Below, one piece after another: positions 57,212-64,000 of a DNA stretch of 64,000 bases. Location: NCBI RefSeq assembly GCF_032191835.1, contig NC_083235.1, positions 57,412,001 to 57,476,000 on the forward strand, read 5' to 3'. Position numbers and translations under genes: made by a program. The notes beneath the pieces are model-generated. The model did no database searches and was not told where the DNA came from. It saw only the letters and a list, made by a program, of their open reading frames with translations. This stretch comes from Heteronotia binoei (lineage: Eukaryota). Position 1 is the stretch's first letter, and every line of letters begins with the position of its first letter.

Positions 57212-59612
57212 TACTTTAAGAAGGAAGTCATGACAGATGTTGTCTAAGGGTTGAACAACAACGAGAAGTTGTTTGCACAATGTACTTGTTATTCCAAGCT
57301 TGAGTTCAAAACCTGCAGATCATTTCCTTCAGAAGTTAGTTTCAGCCCCTTCCTTCTGCTTATCTTGTTCTTCTGTCCAGCTGTTTTCCTGATCTTACAT
57401 CAGTCTCAACATGATTTCAAGCTCTTTTGGCTTTCTACTTCTAATTCATCTTCCAGTTTCTGACCCAGTTCAGACTTCTTGGCTTCTTGCTTGGCCTTTC
57501 TTTAGGGCTGCATATGCCTGCCCTGCCTTCTCTGGCCTTAACTCTACAGATTGCTGCTTGGCACCTCAGGTTGGATCCAACGTGATGGCATCACTATCAT
57601 GTTTAAGAATACAAAAAAAAAAATTACATATCGAACTAAATCTTCATATAGTCTCATAACTGTGGCCAGCCAGTGGGAAACTCAGGAACAAGCTATGAAA
57701 GTCACCATTCAAACCCGCTATCTGGTATTTGGAGACATACTGTCTCTGTACTTGGAGGTTCAGTTTAGGTGTCAAGGCAAGTAATGGTTGGCAGGGCACT
57801 CTTCCATTACTTTGTATAAAGCAGTCATCTCCGATATGCTGTCCACCGATGTACTTCCTGGTGCCCACTTATTTTTTTTCTCAAAGCAAAGAGCCAACCC
57901 TGGCTTTCTTCCATCTTAGTGGACCAGCAGGTACTTCTACAAGGAGCATCCAATTGGAAAACAACTGTCTCCATCAAAGGCGGGTGCTTGGCTTGGAAAC
58001 CTCCTTACTTTTCATGAAACTTTCCACTATTTTGTGATCCGACTCTGTGACCATCTTGTTTGGGACTGCAGCAGGCCTGCTTCCCATGGGAGTCAACATA
58101 GCTGGTTGGAGGAGGCTGGGGAGTGGTCGCTGTTCCACACCAATCAGTGGGGGGGAGGAGGACTACACAGGAAACTAGACAGTTGCAATTTGCAACAGCA
58201 CTCCAGCTGGGTTTTTTAGATAACTTCAAGTTCTTGCTGGAGCAATAGTCACTTATCGTCCTCAACTGCCAGTCCCAGACCTGACGGCCTCTTTTAAGTC
58301 CCTCCCCAGTGTGCATTGCCGGCCTTCCTGGGCTATGCCTTGCTTCTGCTGTGCTTATGCCCTTGCTCCTAATGTATAGAGGCATCTCCTGGAGGAACTC
58401 CCCATGCTAACCAGCTCCTTTCTAGTCTGCTAGTACAAAAACTGCTAGTACAAAAATAACTTTCTCAGGTGCCAACTCCACTTTTCTCCACTAACCTGTC
58501 CCTGGATCCCTTATTCCACTTCTGTCAGGCAAGCCTCCACAACTACCGGGTGCACTCCCTGGCTGAGCTGGTAGAGGTCCACCATTGATAAAGCCTCATG
58601 GCAGCCATTTGTTGTGCCCTGTGCACACTAATTGTTCTTGAAATTCTAGAACAGCCCACATGTTCAACAATAATGGGGACTTCTGATCTAAACTCTTCCC
58701 CAAGCCATGAAAGCCTAGTACTCATCACCACTTCATCTTGTCAGAGAATCCCATAATTTCATATTTGTCTGTCTTAAAACTCCTGACAATCAATTGATCC
58801 TCCCAGCTTAAGTATTATGACAGAAGAGGGGAAATAGCGTAGATGGCACAGCAATGGTAGCACTGACCAGTCACAATAATGTCAGCCCCATTGTGTTGGA
58901 AAGTATCTCTCAGGTGACTTCTACTTGTAGCATCAATAGTGCACAGGTGTGAAGTTGCACTGCCAACTTGATTACACAATTATGGCTTGCCCCACCCATC
59001 ACATCATTGAGTTTTTCTTTTTGCTCCTGCTGTTGGGAGTAGGGCCAGCTCTAATCAGCGAGCAGAGATTGATGGATTTCCCAAATCAAACTGGAAATCA
59101 AGAGACACACATTACTCTAGTATTTCTGTCTTTATTCTTATTCTCACACTCTGCATCCAAATTCCATCCCAAACCGCAAAGTCGGCTCTCAGTGGTGGTA
59201 GCCAAGTCAGTAGGTGGGGCACCAGAGGCCCCTCCCAAGGAACCTCACAACCCATTTTGTTTGCTTTAAAGCCACAATATAGCAGAAAGTTTTCTGGTGT
59301 AGTACAGCTTCAGTTGTCATGCTGGTACTTGAATCAAAACCTCTGTTTGAGACTGGGGACCTAGACTAGTAAACTACCCTAACCCAGGCCTCTGTGTCAT
59401 CTCTATACAAATCAGAAGGTGTGGTTTTCAAAGAGGAATAAGGCCTGCTAGTACTTCTGTTTCAGGAAACTGTTTTCTCCCCTAATAAGTAACAAGATGG
59501 TCTCCCCATAAACACATAAACCGATGAACAGACACCAAACCGTTCTGGTGTTTAGCTGCACCCATTTTTTCCCTATACAAAGTACCCTGGGTTGGATTCA
59601 GCTCATAGAGTT

Positions 59613-60238
59613 TGTAACGAAACGGTTAAATTGTTGGCTAGTTTTAAAATGGCTGCTGTTTGTAGTTTTAGAGTTTAAAATGTCCTCCTCCTCTGACCTA
59701 CAAGGCCCAGCAGCCCTTGGGCCTAAAAAGTGCAGGGGGGGAGGAGAACGTCCCCCAAGGGGCGGGGCAACCTCTATTTATACTCCTATCCAACCAGGAA
59801 GCAGGCAGTCTTTGATTTACCCAGAAATGGGAGAGATTTGTGTGGAAGGGCTGTGCAGGGTAGCCAGACCACAGAGGTGGAGAATCCTGCAAGTCAGAAT
59901 TAGAAACCCAAGGCAGTCAGCTGCAACCAGTCTGGGGCAAACTGGAGGTTTCCCTGCCCTCTCTAGAGAGAGAGATGTGAAAGAGAGCTGGAGGCCTGGT
60001 GGAGAAGAGACCCTGTCCTGCACTGCAACCTCCCAGGAAGAGTAGTAGTCAGGGAAGCGTGTAGGGATAGAGGACTGCATTTTTCTTCTGTTTTATTTGT
60101 GCCCTGTTGGCCCATAGTATGCACTATGCTTGCCTTATCCAAGCATAGTGTAAATAGTTTAAATAAATACTTACAGGGTTTTTTGGAGTTAACTAGTGGA
60201 GTCATGCTCTGACCACTCAGTCTCCCTTGCTCTGCACA
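59613..60238 (+). mobile_element. LTR-like sequence
   Basis: TGTAAC...CACA termini, a TATA-like ctatttata word, and AATAAA near the right end. No TSD or clear primer-binding site. Confidence 0.5.
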
Positions 60239-61149
60239 TTGCCAAGAAAGAAAAAGGAACCCTGGGGAGAGAGAAAGTAGAGGCTTGTTTTCTGGGTTGC
60301 CAACTCTCCAGGGTCACCCCAAAGATTGAAGATTTCACTTCCAAACAAGGAAATTCAGCCAGAGGGGTCTCACCGTCCCTCTAAGATGGCAGTGACAAAT
60401 TCAGTGAGCGGTGGCAGCAAACTAAGGAAAGGTTACACCCACCAGAGGGCAGGGGCGGCAGTGGGACTTGCAAGCCAGACGGCTGCACAGTTGCAAGGAC
60501 TGAGGGCAGGTGCCCATTCCGCCACAGAGCTTACAAGGTTTATGCAAGAATCCCCAGTCTTCTCATCTGTACCCTCCACTAAGTCACCATTTCTGATCCC
60601 AGGGAAGTTTATTCTTGTCTTGGTCCATGCAGGCACCTTGAGCAAGAGGCATAGTGCAAACACAGTCCAGGGTCAAAGCACAGATATTTAAGAATCCAAG
60701 TGTCAAACCAAAGGACAAATCTAAAGAGCACAAGCCAGGTCGCAGTCCTGCACCCCCCACACACAGAGTTGTAGATAAGTTGCTTCCATGCTGGCTCAAC
60801 CCTGATTCTTTAGGGACTCCAACTTACAAGCAAATGTTGGCTGGTGCTGAGATGCCAACTGTGCACTACAGTGCCACTCCTGCACTTCGCTCTAGCCCCA
60901 CCTTCTCCAGCACTCCAAAGGCTCTGGTGATCCCGGAGGTGTGGCTGGCAGCTGTAGGCCTGAGGGTTGGTATGCTGACTGCAGTCTGAGACTCACCTCC
61001 TGCACCTGATGGAGTCTCCATCTTGTCTGGTGGGTCTTCCTGCAGCATTTGAGTGTTAGGGCCAGCTTCTTCCATCTCTTCTTCACCCAACGAGGTACTG
61101 GCAAGCAGGCCCATGACAACTGCCAGGATGTGGGGTGTATATAGAGTAA

Positions 61150-61560
61150 ATGCCATTGGGGCATATATGGGGATATGTGGTCCTGCAGGTATGATGGTCC
61201 CTGGCTATTCAGGGTCTTAAAGGTTAAAACCAGCACCTTGAACTGGATTTGGAACCCTATTGGCAGTTAGTGCAGTCTGCAGAAGACTGACTGAATGTGC
61301 ACCCGCAGAGGCATTGCAGAGAGCAAGCATGATGCCACATTCTGCACTAGCTGTGACTTCTGGATCAGCTGCAAGGGTTGGCCTGTGTACAGTGAGTTAC
61401 AATTGTCTAATCTGGAAGCAACCATTGTGTGGATCACAGTAGCTAAACTGCGGGATGAGAAGTAGGGGACTAGTTGATGAACCTGCCAAAGATGAAAATA
61501 GGCTGACTTGGCAACTACTGTGTGTGTCCTGGGCCTCCATGAATCTTGGGAAAACATCTT
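61150..61560 (-). mobile_element. L2 LINE RT C-terminal relic
   Basis: AKSAYFHLWQVHQLVPY..SLATVIHTMVASRLDNCNSLY...QLVQNVASCLL. Confidence 0.85.
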
Positions 61561-62874
61561 GGAAAAGCACTGATGCTGGTTTCTTCAGGCAACTCACAGA
61601 ACAGGCTTCATATCCTGTCTTTTGAATGCTCATGTGATCATAGCCAGCCAATGCACTTCATTCAGAATGTTCTGGTATTGGAAAGATCTCCATATAACCA
61701 ACAAATGCACTGCATTAAGAGCATAAATTCTTTGGAAAGCAGCTGGGAAGCATGAGAAGAAGCTTTAGTCACATAGGATCTGGTTTGAGTGAAGAAACAC
61801 AGGACCAATTAGTGGGAACTTCCGGGGGAGGAAAATGTCAAGCTGAGCTGCTTCTCATAACGGGAGCAGGCTGGAACTTCTGTTTGGGGTAGTGGAAGGA
61901 AAATTAATGCCTACTGCCTACTTTTCTCAGTCAGAGATTAGTCCAAGATAGGCACAGGAAACTTTGAGGAGATTTACCTTGGCCAAAAGGGAGTCCCGGG
62001 GGGGCTCCTTTGAGGCTTTGAGGGGTCTCTGGGAAGAGTTGCATTTTCATCATCTGCAGAAGTTTTCAAAGTCATTTATTTGACATAAGCTCGACAGAAT
62101 CCTAACCTTCTTGGACATTGCTAAACATCTAAAGCTACGCAAGACCGGTGGGAACTTGGATTATTGAAAGAGAAGGTACAGATTACTATCTTTCACTCCG
62201 GGACTATTTACAATTTAATGGAGTAAATTTAAAAGATGGGAAATGAAAATCTAGAAAGCTTGGAAGAAGAAGGGGGAAAGAGGTGAAATTTGGACTTTGT
62301 AAATATAAAGGACAGTGCTAAAAAGTGGAAAGGAATTTATTGTTTGGTCTACTTGCGGTTTTGAAAAAAGAGCACCATCGTCACAGACCTGCAGCATATT
62401 CAAGCAAAACAGGAAGTATGTCAAGTATCGTGAGATCTTCTTACTAGTGTGAATGAGACTTCGTGGCAAGTAAACCAGGAAGTAGTGGATGGAAAACCTA
62501 CTCTAGGAATATAACACCATTGAGAAATAGCAGCGACCATTGCTTGGAGGTCAAAATTAAAATAAGGTTTTTAAAGTGTTCAGGACATTAAAAATTGTTG
62601 GAATTAACTCAGAAGAAGACAAGAAGATAAGTATTATTGGACATATTATGTGTGTGGACTTTAGAAGTTTTTAAAAGGGAAAAAAAATGTAAGGAGCAGC
62701 AAAAATTCGCGGCCGCCATTTTGAAACATTTAAAGTTTTAAAAAATAAATATCTTGATTTTGGGAGCTTGGAGGATGGCGAAATTAGGCTTATTATAAAA
62801 AGGCAAGTACTATTCTTTTGAATCTGATAGTTGAATTTGAATTTGGTGAGGTCTAAATTTTTGCAGTTTTTTAA

Positions 62875-63640
62875 ATGTCAGAACACAAGCAACTGCATAA
62901 AAGGGCTACTTCATTAGAAAAAATGCAAGACCAATTAGAAGCAATGGAGGCCAGAATGATGAGAGGTATGAGAGAGATGATAACTGAATCGAAAAAAGAA
63001 ATTATTGAAGAGATTAAAAAAGATATGGAGGATCTCAGAAAGGAAACTGAAGAAACATCTAAGAAAGTGCAGGAGGTAGAAGGCAGAATGAAAGTATATG
63101 ATTCCACTTTGTTGAAAATGCAAGAAAAAGTGACAATCCATGACTGCAAACTGATGGAGACTCATACGTCTGAGAGGAGTACCCAAAAAGGAAGATGGTG
63201 ATCTAAAAGAATATTTAATAATAGTAATTGCAGAATTTTTAGAGGAAGTTCCTGAAGAGACTAAAAACATGTATGACTATATGTACAGAGTGAACTTACT
63301 TTATGCCAAGAAAAATAACTTACCAAGAGATGTTATAAGATTTATGACAAAGGAAATGGTGGGAAGGATCATGAATAAAAACTTTGAAAAGACATTGATA
63401 GTGGGAGGCAGTAGAGTAAGAATTATGAAGGAGTTGCCAAGGCAAGTGATAAATAATAGAACGTATAAAAAATTGACAGAAAAATTAAGAGATAATGGAA
63501 TAAAATTTAGATGGATAATACCTGAAGGTCTGAGCTTCGAACTTCAGGGAAAAAGAATCACAATTACAAATGCACAGGAAATTCGTAGATTTATGAAGAA
63601 AATAAAGAATTTGCATCATGATGGATTACAAATTATTGTC
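62875..63640 (+). pseudogene. L1 ORF1, frameshifted
   Basis: Heptad-rich N terminus (EEIKKDMEDLRKE..VQEVEGR), then YRVN..LPRDVIRF..RIMKELPRQV..KFRWIIPEGLSF. Confidence 0.85.
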
Positions 63641-64000
63641 TTGGAATGTAAATTGACTAAATTCACCACAAAAAAGAAAGGCAACATTTCATTGGATTAA
63701 GAAACAAAACTGTAATATAATTTGTTTACAAGAAGTGCATATTAAACAAAAGGATTACAAATTTTTATGGAATAAACAATTGGAACTAGAATTTTTTTCA
63801 TTGGCTGAACAGAAGAAAAGGGGAGTGAAACAATTAAATGGAAAGAAAATGTTGCTATTGGGACTGTATGCGCCTAATGGTGCAAAGGATGCTTTTTTTT
63901 AAAGACATCATGCAACAGCTTGATGAACTGACCTATGATCAAGTTTTGAGAATGGGAGATTTTAATGGAACAGTTAAGAACTCATTGGACAGGTCTGGAA
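63618..64000 (+). pseudogene. L1 ORF2 endonuclease N terminus, disrupted
   Basis: MMDYKLLSWNVN*LNSPQKRK..IICLQEVHIK...GLYAPN...MGDFNG. Confidence 0.88.

Larger units (their letters stand above)
61990..64000 (+). mobile_element. L1 LINE 5' part (5' UTR, ORF1, start of ORF2); runs off the window, 5' boundary uncertain
   Basis: Coiled-coil/RRM/CTD-type ORF1 followed by an APE-type ORF2 start. Confidence 0.88.

Noticed and set aside
60326-61156. Several 70-120 aa ORFs after the LTR-like sequence (possible gag)
   Set aside because: No capsid, zinc-knuckle or protease motif is recognisable, so I left them unassigned.
1-64000. CRISPR arrays, rRNA genes, prokaryotic operons or endogenous viral genes
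   Set aside because: I saw no regularly spaced repeat-spacer arrays, rRNA-like sequence or non-retrotransposon viral ORFs. The window is eukaryotic nuclear DNA.

Overview
Vertebrate genomic DNA, almost certainly a squamate reptile and probably a gecko. This is inferred from Sauria-type and Squam2/Squam3-like SINEs, BovB, and esterase-type CR1, L2 and L1 LINEs. I could not identify any host protein-coding exon, so no gene symbols are given. Every long ORF I can recognise is transposon-derived: Gypsy gag/pol, CR1 ORF1/ORF2, L1 ORF1/ORF2, L2 and BovB. The flanks (about 9-38 kb and 50-64 kb) are dense with repeats and include two nested insertion stacks whose order can be read from target-site duplications (TSDs). 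Other notable items are a 276-bp near-perfect palindromic MITE and a Penelope-like insertion carrying a minimal hammerhead ribozyme inside an 84-bp perfect hairpin. The centre (about 38.0-47.1 kb) is a CpG-retaining block with three CpG islands, CCAAT/GC boxes and no recognisable transposon. It looks like the promoter region (methylation canyon) of a developmental gene or lncRNA whose coding exons are not visible here. All coordinates and mismatch counts were read by hand, and boundaries of degraded repeats are approximate.
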